A stretch of DNA of 64,000 nt, from positions 19,916 to 83,915 of the forward strand of contig JBDRRF010000084.1 in assembly GCA_043825875.1 (NCBI GenBank). Direction: 5' to 3'. The stretch is from Pseudomonadota bacterium (GTDB taxonomy: Bacteria; Desulfobacterota; Desulfobacteria; Desulfobacterales; RPRI01). Below are positions 30,381 through 40,687 of this stretch, piece by piece. Within the stretch, counting starts at the first letter, position 1. Each line of letters opens with the position of its first letter. Both the position numbers and the translations under genes were made by a program. Under the pieces are notes generated by a model. It was not told where the DNA came from, made no database searches, and saw only the letters and a program-made list of their open reading frames with translations.

Positions 30381-31007
30381 ATGAGAAAGCATACTATGAT
30401 AAAAAAACATGGCCTGTTTATTGTATTGTCTGCTTTATCATTTATTTTTATCTTTGCCTGCGGAAAATTAGGAAATGTAGATCAGGGCAGAGTTGTCGAA
30501 TTTGATAAAGATAAAGCAATCGTTACACTAATAAGAGACTTTAACGCAGACCCGAAGAATCCGGACTATACACATCTTCCGCCTTATATATATGAGATGC
30601 CGAAGAACCCTAATGAAATCGGAGCTCTTCCCAAAGCCGGTAAACGTATGCAACTGGATACCGAGAAAAACCAGATAGTCATATTTGATACAGCAACACA
30701 AAACTTCAAAGCCATAGATTACAAAGTAATCGATCAGAAAGATAATGTGGCCAAGAAAGACCCGCTGGTCTATGATGAGGAAACTGAGGAACCTAAAGCT
30801 TTTCCTATAGTAGACAAAGCAAATAAAACTATTACCCTTTATTCGGGTAGACAAAAAATTCTCATTACTTTTTCACTTCCTGAACAATATTTTGCTCTAT
30901 CGGACGATACCTGGGATTCAGGAGATGAAGTCCGCATCTATTATAAGGAGGAAGGTAAAGCAAGAAGATTTATGAATATTACACAAACCGATATTTTTAA
31001 AAAATAA
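30381..31007 (+). CDS. Lipoprotein (DUF4881-like)
   Basis: Lipobox IFAC-G, directly after tauE. Confidence 0.65.
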   Translation: MRKHTMIKKHGLFIVLSALSFIFIFACGKLGNVDQGRVVEFDKDKAIVTLIRDFNADPKNPDYTHLPPYIYEMPKNPNEIGALPKAGKRMQLDTEKNQIVIFDTATQNFKAIDYKVIDQKDNVAKKDPLVYDEETEEPKAFPIVDKANKTITLYSGRQKILITFSLPEQYFALSDDTWDSGDEVRIYYKEEGKARRFMNITQTDIFKK

Positions 31008-31013
31008 TAAACC

Positions 31014-31056
31014 GATGCCTTCATAAAAACCATTTTTGGGGTTTTATGAAGGCATC
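31014..31056 (+). terminator. Intra-operon hairpin (terminator or RNA stabiliser)
   Basis: GATGCCTTCATAAAA...TTTTATGAAGGCATC. Confidence 0.6.
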
Positions 31057-31077
31057 TAAAATGGAGATAAAGCGGCA

Positions 31078-31866
31078 ATGAATGATATGGAAAAAACCCT
31101 GCGGTTAAGAAGAGCTGTTGGAAAAGTTGCCGCTATACTTTGTGTTATTGTCTGTTTTTCACTCATTGATACAATAATAGCAGGGTTCAGGCAATCAGCA
31201 ACCGAGTTTGATGTTCTTCCGGGAACATCGATAGAATTGAATGGGCTCACAGCAGAAAAGGTTAAAAGTGGCGATGAAATTGTCTGTAAAAGCAGCTCAG
31301 ATTATATTCGAATTTCAATTGATTCACTTCAGAAAGGCCACTGGTTTGGTAATAACATGTGGCATGGACATCTTATAATAAGTCCGGACGCAAAAGCCGG
31401 CGAATACAGCATCATTGTCGGTATTAAAGATATAAATCTGCAAAAAAAACACGATAAATTTCTTGTAAGAGTATATAAGGATTATGCAAAATATCAACAA
31501 AGCTTCAAATCTGTAATAAAACGATACATAGATATTTCGCCATGGGTTTTTGCGGCTTCTTTTTCACCATTTATTATTTTAGCTTTCGGGTATATATTTA
31601 TACTATCCGGGAAAATTGAAAATCTGATGGCAAAGCAGAAAAAGGCGGTAATTTACAAAGTAAAAAAAGCTAAAGAAACATGTGAAATCTATTTTGGCTT
31701 AGGTATGGATCATGGCATTAAAGTAAGCACATGCCTTACCGTTTTCAATGATAAGGGCCAACCGGTGGGAACCGCTGTAGTTAATAGTGCAAATGGAATA
31801 GACTCTATTGCTTGCGCGGAATCGGGTTGCCTGATTAAACCCGGCTATATTGTATCAGTCTCCTGA
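31078..31866 (+). CDS. Hypothetical membrane protein
   Basis: 262 aa, two hydrophobic segments, GGAG RBS. Confidence 0.7.
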   Translation: MNDMEKTLRLRRAVGKVAAILCVIVCFSLIDTIIAGFRQSATEFDVLPGTSIELNGLTAEKVKSGDEIVCKSSSDYIRISIDSLQKGHWFGNNMWHGHLIISPDAKAGEYSIIVGIKDINLQKKHDKFLVRVYKDYAKYQQSFKSVIKRYIDISPWVFAASFSPFIILAFGYIFILSGKIENLMAKQKKAVIYKVKKAKETCEIYFGLGMDHGIKVSTCLTVFNDKGQPVGTAVVNSANGIDSIACAESGCLIKPGYIVSVS

Positions 31867-31977
31867 TAAATACAACTCATATTATTTTATATTATTGATA
31901 TATATTGATTATTAGAATAATCTTATCCTTTTTTAACTTATAAACTTTTACGATTCACATAACATGGAAATCAACAA

Positions 31978-32376
31978 ATGAATAATATACGCCTTTTACT
32001 GGTGGATGATGAAGAAGATTTCAGAATAACACTGACAGCGAGATTAAAAAGGAGAAATATTGATGTTATCGATGTTGATAGCGGTGAAAAAGCAATAGAA
32101 TTGATCAGAAATAATAAATTCGATGTAGCCATAGTTGATATCAAGATGCCTGGTATTGATGGAATAGAAACCTTAAGATATTTAAAAAGGATAGACCCGC
32201 TATTAGAGGTAATACTTCTTACCGGACATGCTTCGGTGGAGGCGGGCATAGAGGGGATAAAATTGGGAGCTTATGACTATATTGTCAAGCCGTGTAATTT
32301 AAATGATCTTTTATCCAAGGTTGAGGATGCTAATCGTCGAAGGCATATAGAGGAAGAACACATTCGGGAAAAATAA
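31978..32376 (+). CDS. Single-domain response regulator
   Basis: LLVDDE, VDIKMP, LTGHA and KP. Confidence 0.92.
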   Translation: MNNIRLLLVDDEEDFRITLTARLKRRNIDVIDVDSGEKAIELIRNNKFDVAIVDIKMPGIDGIETLRYLKRIDPLLEVILLTGHASVEAGIEGIKLGAYDYIVKPCNLNDLLSKVEDANRRRHIEEEHIREK

Positions 32377-32378
32377 GA

Positions 32379-34961
32379 ATGTTTAAAAAGTTAAAATTAT
32401 TTAATAAAGAAAAATCCTGTAAAAATAATGATGAAAGAGATAACATATCAGATCTCTTCAGATATAAGTATTCCTGCTTTAAAATGCTTCTGGATTCAAA
32501 CTCCGAATTTTTAAAAATAATAAGTGACATTGAGGAAAAACTTATAGGAAAGCAGGTATTCGGCATGTCGTATATAAGATCCAGGTCAGGCAAGGCAATT
32601 TTCCATGCTCTAAGGATGGTAAAAAACCTGGATGATCTTTCTGGCCATCGATATTCTTTGCTTTTTGATATAGTTGAAAAAATAAATATAAATATTAAAG
32701 AAATTCTAAAGAAAAAAAAGGAGGATTTTCCTGCTGAATTTATTTTACCTTATTCAATGATAAATTCTGAGATGACCGACTGGGTGGGAGGCAAAAACGC
32801 CAATCTTGGCGAAGTACATAATAAAATCGGACTTCCTATACCACGCGGATTTGCCATCACCACACGGGCTTTTAAATTATTCATGCTAAAAACCGATCTA
32901 TTGGATAAAATCAGCAAAAAAAAGATGGAGATCGACCCTGATGATCCTGAAACAATAAAAACCATTAGTGAGGACATTTGTAATTTGATAATATCATCTA
33001 TGGTACCTCCCGAACTGGAAAAAGCTATAAATCTTGCCTATGCACAACTTGCAGAAACCGCTTCTGATACAAAATCTTTGGGGCCTTCGTTAAGGGTGGC
33101 CATGAGAAGCAGCGCAATAGGAGAAGATGGAGAACATTCATCTGCCGGTCAATATCTGTCCAAATTAAATGTGCCGGCAAGCCAGCTGATTCAGTCATAC
33201 AAGGAAATCGCAGCAAGTCTTTATACACCACAGGCTATCACCTACCGCCTCAATAAAGGAATAAGAGATGAAGACATCGGAATGAGCGTAGCCTGTCTTC
33301 AGATGGTTGACTCGGTTTCAAGTGGTGTTATGTATTCAGGAAATCCGATCAATCTGCTGGAAAAAAATATTATCATCACTGCTGTATTGGGGCTGGGACC
33401 TTATGCTGTTGGAGGAATTGTAACTCCTGACAGATACCTTGTGGATAATGATGGCCGGGTAATTGAAGCGGATATTTCTTATAAGACCGTTAAACTAGTC
33501 AGTAATCCTGATGATGGATTAATGGAAACCGATGTTTCAGATGAACTTCGCCACAAACCCTGCCTATCACCAGAAAAAATAAGTATACTTGCAGGATATG
33601 CCACAAAACTCGAAAAACATTTCGGGTGCTCTCAGGATATAGAGTGGGCCCTTGCTCCTGACGGTAATCTTCTTATCCTTCAAAGCCGACCATTACATGC
33701 CGAACAATATGGAAAGACTATTCCGATAACGCCTGTATTTACTCAATACCCTCTTTTGATAGAAAAAGGCATGAGCGTTTCAGGCGGGGTAGGTTCTGGG
33801 CCTGCTTTTCTTGTTGCCTCAGATGAAGATCTCTTGAATTTCCCGGATGGATCGGTTCTTATAGCAAGACATTCTTCCCCTAAGCTTGTCATGGCTATGA
33901 AAAAAACCCGGGCTATAATAACCGATATCGGCAACATAGCCGGGCATATGGCCTCTCTTGCCAGGGAATTTGGTGTTCCTACAATTGTAAACGCCTATGA
34001 TGCAACCACCAGGATACCGTCCGGCATGGAAATTACCGTAGATGCCTACTCAGGAAGGGTATATCAGGGAAGGGTCAATGAATTGGAGCCATTTCAGAAT
34101 AAAGGCAAATTCCCCATGAAGGACACGCCGGTGTACAAGATTTTAAGAGAAGTAAGCGACTGGATAATTCCTCTGAATCTCACGGATGCAAGATCGCCAA
34201 AATTTACACCTGATTCATGTAAATCTCTTCATGACATAAGTCGCCTTGCTCACGAATTCTCCTACACCGAGATGTTTCAACTCAGTGACTTTGTCTGCGA
34301 TAAAAAAGGAATAGCTTTTAAACTTAAGAGCAATATTCCGCTTGATCTTTATGTTATTGATATAGGTGGCGGCTTTACCGAAACGAATACGGATCATAAG
34401 AATGTAACTCCCGACAAGATAGCTTCAATTCCTTTTAAAGCGCTGCTTGGAGGAATGATACATGAAGATTTTCAAAAAGAGCAATTGCGCCCTGTGGAAT
34501 TCAAAGGCTTTTTATCCGTGATGAAAGAACAGATGCTTTCTCCTCCTTCTCAGGTTGAAAGATTCGGTGACCGAAGCTACGCCATAATTTCAGATAAATA
34601 TCTTAATTTCAGTTCGCGTGTGGGTTATCACTATGGTGTCCTTGATTCCTATTGCTCCCAGACAGTTAATATGAACTATATTTCATTTTCGTTTAAGGGC
34701 GGAGCCGCCGATGATATAAGGAGAAACAGACGAGCAAGGACTATCGCAATAATCCTTAAGTCAAACGATTTTGCCGTAGAAGTCACAGGAGATAAGGTCA
34801 GCGCGCGATATCAGAAGCACGAAAGCGCTCTCATTGAACAAAAGCTTGATATAATCGGGCGTCTCTTACTGTTCACACGACAAATGGATATGCTTATGAC
34901 GAATGAGGCAAGCGTAGAAGCATTGGCCAAAAACTTTATGGCCGGAAAATATACGTATTGA
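32379..34961 (+). CDS. Second PEP synthase/dikinase-like protein
   Basis: GGKNAN, MRSSAIGED, DIEW, LQSRP and GNIAGHMASLARE. C-terminus paralogous to 20198 (LHDI.R..HE, FKGGAAD, RQ.DM.M). Confidence 0.85.
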   Translation: MFKKLKLFNKEKSCKNNDERDNISDLFRYKYSCFKMLLDSNSEFLKIISDIEEKLIGKQVFGMSYIRSRSGKAIFHALRMVKNLDDLSGHRYSLLFDIVEKININIKEILKKKKEDFPAEFILPYSMINSEMTDWVGGKNANLGEVHNKIGLPIPRGFAITTRAFKLFMLKTDLLDKISKKKMEIDPDDPETIKTISEDICNLIISSMVPPELEKAINLAYAQLAETASDTKSLGPSLRVAMRSSAIGEDGEHSSAGQYLSKLNVPASQLIQSYKEIAASLYTPQAITYRLNKGIRDEDIGMSVACLQMVDSVSSGVMYSGNPINLLEKNIIITAVLGLGPYAVGGIVTPDRYLVDNDGRVIEADISYKTVKLVSNPDDGLMETDVSDELRHKPCLSPEKISILAGYATKLEKHFGCSQDIEWALAPDGNLLILQSRPLHAEQYGKTIPITPVFTQYPLLIEKGMSVSGGVGSGPAFLVASDEDLLNFPDGSVLIARHSSPKLVMAMKKTRAIITDIGNIAGHMASLAREFGVPTIVNAYDATTRIPSGMEITVDAYSGRVYQGRVNELEPFQNKGKFPMKDTPVYKILREVSDWIIPLNLTDARSPKFTPDSCKSLHDISRLAHEFSYTEMFQLSDFVCDKKGIAFKLKSNIPLDLYVIDIGGGFTETNTDHKNVTPDKIASIPFKALLGGMIHEDFQKEQLRPVEFKGFLSVMKEQMLSPPSQVERFGDRSYAIISDKYLNFSSRVGYHYGVLDSYCSQTVNMNYISFSFKGGAADDIRRNRRARTIAIILKSNDFAVEVTGDKVSARYQKHESALIEQKLDIIGRLLLFTRQMDMLMTNEASVEALAKNFMAGKYTY

Positions 34962-35119
34962 AGGACTCTTCAATACTCCATCAAGACTATCCCATGAAAC
35001 TTAACCCAAAACCGTTTAAAAAGTACAAATCACCTTTTTGGATCAACAGGTCAGAAGGTAGTTTGTAAGTATAAACAAAGAGATAACTTGCACCAAGTTA
35101 GCAAATAGGCAGTATGCAA

Positions 35120-36553
35120 TTAATTATCTTCCCGGGCAAAGGTTTCCATGACTATGTTGTATTTTTCAATCTTTGAATGAAGTGTGGGACGGGAAAGGCC
35201 TAAAAGTTTGGCAGCCTTTGAGCGGTTTCCATTACATATATTAAGTACTTCACTTATTAATATAGACGAGAATTCATCCATGAAGCTGTCAAAAAGATTT
35301 TCAGTATTACGGGTTTTCAATTCTTTTCTAAGCCATCGCCTCATGGCTTCATCACCCATATCCTTCTTTGATCCGTCCGAAAGAGGTTTTTCACAGATAA
35401 CCTGGGAAATATCATCAGCGGATAAGGGCACTCCCCGGTTAAATATCAGAGCTTTTTGTACAGTGTTTTCAAGTTCACGAACATTACCTGGCCATGAATA
35501 TGACGAAAGTAAAGTTTTTGCCTCATCATTTATTCCGGGGTTTTTAATTCCTTTTTCATTAGAATATTTTGCGAGAAAATAATCCGTTAAAACAGGTATG
35601 TCATTTTCCCTTTCTCTTAAGGAAGGAAGCTGAATCGTAACTACTTTCAAGCGATAATAGAGATCCTCTCTAAATCTTCCGTCAAGAATCGCCTTTTCGA
35701 GGTCTCGGTTTGTAGCTGCAATGATTCGGACATCGGTATTTATATTAACAAGGCCGCCGACACGCTCAATTTTTTTTTCCTGTATAAGTCTCAACATTTT
35801 TGCCTGAAGATTTAAAGGCATATCCCCGATTTCATCCAGAAAAATTGTTCCATTGTGAGCCTGTTCAATCTTTCCCACCTTGCGATGAGCTGCGCCGGTA
35901 AAGGCGCCTTTCTCATAACCGAACAGTTCGCTTTCAAGCAGATTTTCCGGAATGGCAACACAGTTTATTACAAGAAAAGGTTTATCAGCCCTCAGGCTGT
36001 GCTGATATAAAGCTCTTACAACCAATTCCTTTCCGGTTCCGGATTCACCCCGCACCAAAACAGTAGCATCGGTTGGGGATGCCCTCCCTATTGCTTTGTA
36101 GAGTTCCTGCATTACGGTGCTGCGTCCGACTATCGCATCTCTTGATGCTTTATCGGTATTTGCGTCCACATCAACAGGAGAACGCATAAAACGGCTTGCA
36201 TTTATGGCCTGTTCAATAAGAGAGAGCATTCCAGGTATGTCAAAGGGCTTAAGGATGTAGTCAAATGCTCCCAGTTTTGTTGCTTCGATAGCTGTTTCCG
36301 TTGTTCCGAAGGCGGTCATTATTATAACCGGAAGTTTTGGCTCAATTTTATGTATTGCCTTAAATGTTTCAAGTCCGTTCATGCCCGGCAGACGCATATC
36401 AAGAATTACAATATCAGGAGCCTGATTCTTGACTTCACTTAAACCGGCTTCACCGGAAGCAGCCCCAACTACACGATAGCCTTCTTCAGCCAGAAGTTTT
36501 TGAAAACTTTTGCGGAGCTGATCATCATCATCAATAATAAGAATAGAGCTCAA
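35120..36553 (-). CDS. sigma54-dependent response regulator (NtrC family)
   Basis: Receiver, GESGTGKE, GAFTGA, FLDEIG, WPGNVREL and Fis-type HTH. Confidence 0.95.
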   Translation of the reverse strand: MSSILIIDDDDQLRKSFQKLLAEEGYRVVGAASGEAGLSEVKNQAPDIVILDMRLPGMNGLETFKAIHKIEPKLPVIIMTAFGTTETAIEATKLGAFDYILKPFDIPGMLSLIEQAINASRFMRSPVDVDANTDKASRDAIVGRSTVMQELYKAIGRASPTDATVLVRGESGTGKELVVRALYQHSLRADKPFLVINCVAIPENLLESELFGYEKGAFTGAAHRKVGKIEQAHNGTIFLDEIGDMPLNLQAKMLRLIQEKKIERVGGLVNINTDVRIIAATNRDLEKAILDGRFREDLYYRLKVVTIQLPSLRERENDIPVLTDYFLAKYSNEKGIKNPGINDEAKTLLSSYSWPGNVRELENTVQKALIFNRGVPLSADDISQVICEKPLSDGSKKDMGDEAMRRWLRKELKTRNTENLFDSFMDEFSSILISEVLNICNGNRSKAAKLLGLSRPTLHSKIEKYNIVMETFAREDN

Positions 36554-38034
36554 ATGCCTTTTCCTTTACTTTTGTCTTTTGCAGGGAGAGTAATTATAAA
36601 AGCTGCGCCCTCCCGTTCCTTTGATTCAACATCAATACGACCGCCATGTTCTTCAATTATTCTGGTTACTATACTAAGTCCAAGCCCTGTTCCCTCTTCC
36701 TTGGTTGTAAAAAAAGGCTCCATAATTTTTGCAATAAAAGATTTTGGAATCCCCGGACCATTATCACTAAATTTTAGCACGACAGCTTTCCCTATTGCAG
36801 TATCAATATCCTCATATTCATAAATTGTTATTAAACCGCCTCTTATCATTGCTTCGCAGGAATTGATCATCAGATTGACTATTACTTCTTTTAGTTGTTC
36901 AGGATCAATATCTATTTCAGGAAGATTTTTTTCTCTTACAATTTTTACTGTAACATCATATGATTTAATACGATGTTCGAGCAGTTGTATTGCAAGATCT
37001 ACTACAAGAGAGGGGCTGATTTTTTGCATCTTCAGTTTTGGCGGCCTTGAAAATTCAAGAAAGTTCTGAACTATGGTATCCATCTGGCGTATTTCATCAG
37101 ATATCACCTTAATGTCATCTTGCTGTGTTTCTGTAAAGTTTTTGGAACGTTCAAGCGAAAAAAGCCGCATTTTTACAGATGTAAAAGGATTTCTTATGCT
37201 GTGCGCCATTCCCGCGGCAAGTTTTCCTACTAGGGCCATCTTCTCAGACTGCTGTAAATGTTCACGACTTTTTTCCAGTTCAAAATGTGTAAGGTCGAAA
37301 TCATTGATCAGATCTCTTACATTTTTAACAAGCACTGCGATTTCATCATGCGCACTTCCTGTATTACTTTCCCGGCCTGCTTCCATGGCTAAACGGTAAA
37401 TAGGCTTTAGAATGCCTTTAACCAGAAGAACCCCCATCATGATAATAAGAAATGTGCTCATAATAAGAGCGCTTACGGCAAAATATCTTAATTGAATAGC
37501 TTCATTATGACTATTTTCCTTGGCAAGGGCAACCCTGTTTACATGAATAATCTTATATTCATCACAAAGTTCGATAATCTTGAAAAATTGATTTCGTACA
37601 TCTTTATGAAGCTTTGCCCCTTCTTTACGCTTACCTGCAATATAATATGAGATAACACGGTCTTTCAATCCTATATAGACACCGTATTCCTTTTCTATAT
37701 TTTCGATAATCTTTTTTTGAGATTCATTTTCGGATATGAGTTTTACTTCTTCGAGTTTCTTCTTAAATATCTGTCTGTATTCACCTAACTGTTTCAGCCA
37801 TTCCGGATCATTATCGAGAAAATAATAGGTTACAAAACCCTTCTGACTTATTATAGCCATTTCAAGTTCTTCAGCTGATTGCAGCGCGACTATATCTTTT
37901 TCAACCAAATGTGTTAAGGCGCTTTCTATTCTGAAAGTATACCAAAACATAACGGAACCGCCAAGAATTGTTATTATTATAAGCGATATCAGTATTGCGT
38001 ATATTCTTATACGGAGACTTAAATTATTTTTCAT
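36550..38034 (-). CDS. Sensor histidine kinase (four-helix-bundle-type periplasmic domain)
   Basis: Two TMs, AHSIRNPF, NLMINS, DNGPG and GTGLGL. Overlaps the regulator start. Confidence 0.92.
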   Translation of the reverse strand: MKNNLSLRIRIYAILISLIIITILGGSVMFWYTFRIESALTHLVEKDIVALQSAEELEMAIISQKGFVTYYFLDNDPEWLKQLGEYRQIFKKKLEEVKLISENESQKKIIENIEKEYGVYIGLKDRVISYYIAGKRKEGAKLHKDVRNQFFKIIELCDEYKIIHVNRVALAKENSHNEAIQLRYFAVSALIMSTFLIIMMGVLLVKGILKPIYRLAMEAGRESNTGSAHDEIAVLVKNVRDLINDFDLTHFELEKSREHLQQSEKMALVGKLAAGMAHSIRNPFTSVKMRLFSLERSKNFTETQQDDIKVISDEIRQMDTIVQNFLEFSRPPKLKMQKISPSLVVDLAIQLLEHRIKSYDVTVKIVREKNLPEIDIDPEQLKEVIVNLMINSCEAMIRGGLITIYEYEDIDTAIGKAVVLKFSDNGPGIPKSFIAKIMEPFFTTKEEGTGLGLSIVTRIIEEHGGRIDVESKEREGAAFIITLPAKDKSKGKGI

Positions 38035-38194
38035 TTTGGGTATTTAAGAAGATAGTTCGTGTTTTCCTGCTATAGGACGGTTTAAATTTTTTCTTCAGTT
38101 GCATTAGCCTTTACCTTTATATATCTTCTTATACCAATGGCGTATAATTTTACAACCTCATAAATTCTACTCTGCCTTTTTATATTTGAATATC

Positions 38195-38701
38195 ATGGAA
38201 TTAAAACAAGGTTTTTCCCCCATAGCTAATAAAAAAGCTAAGGTTCTGATTTTGGGTTCGATGCCCAGCGAGGAATCTTTCAAAAAGAGCGAATATTACG
38301 GCAATCCAAGAAATTATTTTTGGAAGATTATGGCATTTTTGTTTGGATTTGATTTTTCCATAAGTTATAAGGAAAAAATAAAAATATTATTGGAAAACAA
38401 AATAGCGCTTTGGGATGTAGTGCAGTCTTGCGAAAGAAAAGGCAGTCTTGATACAAATATAAATAATAAAACAATAATTGAAAATGATTTTGTTTCTTTT
38501 TTTTATAAACACCCGAACATAAAAAATGTTTATTTTAATGGTGCCAAGGCGGAGGCGGAATATTATAAAAGAGTTTTGCCAATGCTTTCAAAATCGGAGC
38601 ATAAAATAAATTATGTCAGACTTTGCTCTACAAGTCCTGCTATGACCCTATTGTCGTTTGATGCCAAATTAAGGGAGTGGTTGAAAATCAAGGTTCATTA
38701 G
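38195..38701 (+). CDS. Uracil-DNA glycosylase superfamily (DNA-deoxyinosine glycosylase/MUG-like)
   Basis: LILGSMP, YYGNPRNYFW, IALWDV, FNG and STSPA. Confidence 0.85.
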   Translation: MELKQGFSPIANKKAKVLILGSMPSEESFKKSEYYGNPRNYFWKIMAFLFGFDFSISYKEKIKILLENKIALWDVVQSCERKGSLDTNINNKTIIENDFVSFFYKHPNIKNVYFNGAKAEAEYYKRVLPMLSKSEHKINYVRLCSTSPAMTLLSFDAKLREWLKIKVH

Positions 38702-38754
38702 ATGTATTTTGAATGCGGAAACTGTTCTATTAAAAACACTGGGAGAAAAAAGAT

Positions 38755-39771
38755 ATGATAAAGTTTATAAAAACAATTGTACTTATTGTAGTGACTTTTT
38801 GTATTGCTTCAAATGTTTGGGCCGCTTCTCCGGCAACCGGAACTATTACAGCAACCCAAGCCTGCCAAGCTTATGTCTCAAAAAACAAACTAACCAACCC
38901 CGATAACACAAAGCTTGTGATCAACAAAAGTTATCCGGTTTTTGAGGCCAATAAAGCAGAAAATCCCAGTTGGTACCGGGTGCGCGTTTCCGGCGCCAAT
39001 CCGGTAGAACGTTGGATTCCAAAGCATTGTGGTACGTTTGATGCCCAAACCGGAAATAGCGGAAGTTCCGGTGGACAAAGTGGTGCTCAGACTAATAAAT
39101 GCCAAACTGCGGGCCTGGAAGATAGTTATGTGCTGGCGTTAAGCTGGCAACCCGCTTTTTGCGAAACGCATTGTGATAAACCTGAATGCCGTATAGAAGA
39201 TAAAAAATCTTATCAGGCGCGTAATTTTACCCTGCACGGTTTGTGGCCTAATAAAAAATCATGCGGCAAAGATTATGGCTTCTGTGGCGAGGTTCAAAAC
39301 AAACCGGGCGATTTTTGCGACTATCCTGTGCTGCAATTTTTTTCTCAAACCCGGCAAGCGCTTGAACAAGTTATGCCCAGTGCCTCGGCAGGCTCCTGTC
39401 TGCAACGCCATGAATGGTTCAAGCACGGCACCTGCCAGACTAAATGGTCTATTGATGAATATTATGAAACAGCCATAGATCTGACGCAACAATTCAATGA
39501 ATCGGGTGTCGCTTATTTTATTACCCGCAATACAGGTAAAAATGTTAGCGAAGAAGAGTTTATCAGCAAAGTGGAGTGCGCACTTGGAACCGGCACGCAC
39601 AATCGCATAGAGTTAAAATGTAGTAACGGAAATCTGGTTGATGTGTACATAACCTTGCCGGTTGATATTACTCCCGGCGAAAGTCTTGGTGAACTAATGG
39701 GGCAGGGGGAAAGCCGGTATAAATCAAATTGCGGCGGCAGTTTTCATATAGACCCGATAGGGTTTCAATAA
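38755..39771 (+). CDS. Secreted ribonuclease T2 family protein
   Basis: Signal peptide, LALSWQPAFC, FTLHGLWP and HEWFKHGTC. Confidence 0.93.
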   Translation: MIKFIKTIVLIVVTFCIASNVWAASPATGTITATQACQAYVSKNKLTNPDNTKLVINKSYPVFEANKAENPSWYRVRVSGANPVERWIPKHCGTFDAQTGNSGSSGGQSGAQTNKCQTAGLEDSYVLALSWQPAFCETHCDKPECRIEDKKSYQARNFTLHGLWPNKKSCGKDYGFCGEVQNKPGDFCDYPVLQFFSQTRQALEQVMPSASAGSCLQRHEWFKHGTCQTKWSIDEYYETAIDLTQQFNESGVAYFITRNTGKNVSEEEFISKVECALGTGTHNRIELKCSNGNLVDVYITLPVDITPGESLGELMGQGESRYKSNCGGSFHIDPIGFQ

Positions 39772-39774
39772 TTG

Positions 39775-39916
39775 GAGCCAGTTTCAAAACGTCCCATTAT
39801 GGCCGATCTCTGCGTTGGGTTAAAATTTTAATCCTCGAAATACTCCATGTATTCCTGCGGTTAAAATTTTAACCCGCCTTGACCTTGACCAAACTGAAAC
39901 GTTTTGAAAGTGGCTC
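39775..39916 (+). mobile_element. MITE copy 3 (142 bp)
   Basis: Same TIRs, perfect ATTG...ATTG duplication. Empty site at 42343-42346. Confidence 0.92.
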
Positions 39917-39983
39917 ATTGTACTGCTTACATGTAATTCATAAAAATTAATTTATAAAAAGTTGCCAGTTAGGATTAATTATT

Positions 39984-40667
39984 TTGAAATTACAATCCGA
40001 AGATAAAGAAATTAAGGTATTTATTTCGAACCGGGAGTCGAAGTGTGATGAGTGTGGTGAAGAACTTGGCACCAATGCCTGGATTACGCTTGCCGGAGAT
40101 AAAGGCGCCCTGTGTCTGACTTGCGCCGATCTGGACCATCTTCATTTTCTACCTTCCGGTAATGCGGCTTTGACCAGACGTGCCCGCAAGCATTCGACCC
40201 TTTGGGCAATTGTGCTGAAATGGAGCCGTTCCCGAAAGCGATATGAGCGTCAAGGGTTGATGGTTGAAATGCAGGCGCTGGAAAAAGCGGAAGAAGAATG
40301 TCTGGCCGATGAAGATATAAGGGAATGCCGCCGGGAGCGAGAAGCTATTCGCAGAAAGGAATTGGACCGCCGGTATGTAGAAGAGTTTGCTGCGCAGGTA
40401 AGAAAACTTTTTCCGAGCTGTCCCGCCAAAAGAGAAATAGAAATAGCTGAGCATGCCTGCCGCAAATATAGCGGTCGAATCGGACGTTCCGCCTTTGCAA
40501 AAGCATTGGATGATAAAGCTATACATCTTGCAGTAATCGCTCACATCCGCCATAGGGAAACAAAATACGATGAGCTTTTAGCGATGGGCTACGAGAGATG
40601 GGAAGCGCGTAGTAAAGTGGAAAATGCGGTTTACGATGTTTTGCGGAAGTGGGAAATATCGAAGTAA
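39984..40667 (+). CDS. DUF2293-like protein with N-terminal CxxC...CxxC
   Basis: CDEC/CLTC, SGRIGRS and AVIAHIRH.ETKYDELL. Confidence 0.7.
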   Translation: MKLQSEDKEIKVFISNRESKCDECGEELGTNAWITLAGDKGALCLTCADLDHLHFLPSGNAALTRRARKHSTLWAIVLKWSRSRKRYERQGLMVEMQALEKAEEECLADEDIRECRREREAIRRKELDRRYVEEFAAQVRKLFPSCPAKREIEIAEHACRKYSGRIGRSAFAKALDDKAIHLAVIAHIRHRETKYDELLAMGYERWEARSKVENAVYDVLRKWEISK

Positions 40668-40687
40668 TTTTATTGGACACTATCATT

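Noticed and set aside
20198..34961. Calling the dikinase-like genes ppsA/ppdK
   Set aside because: Pyruvate-binding barrel motifs are absent, so no symbol was assigned.
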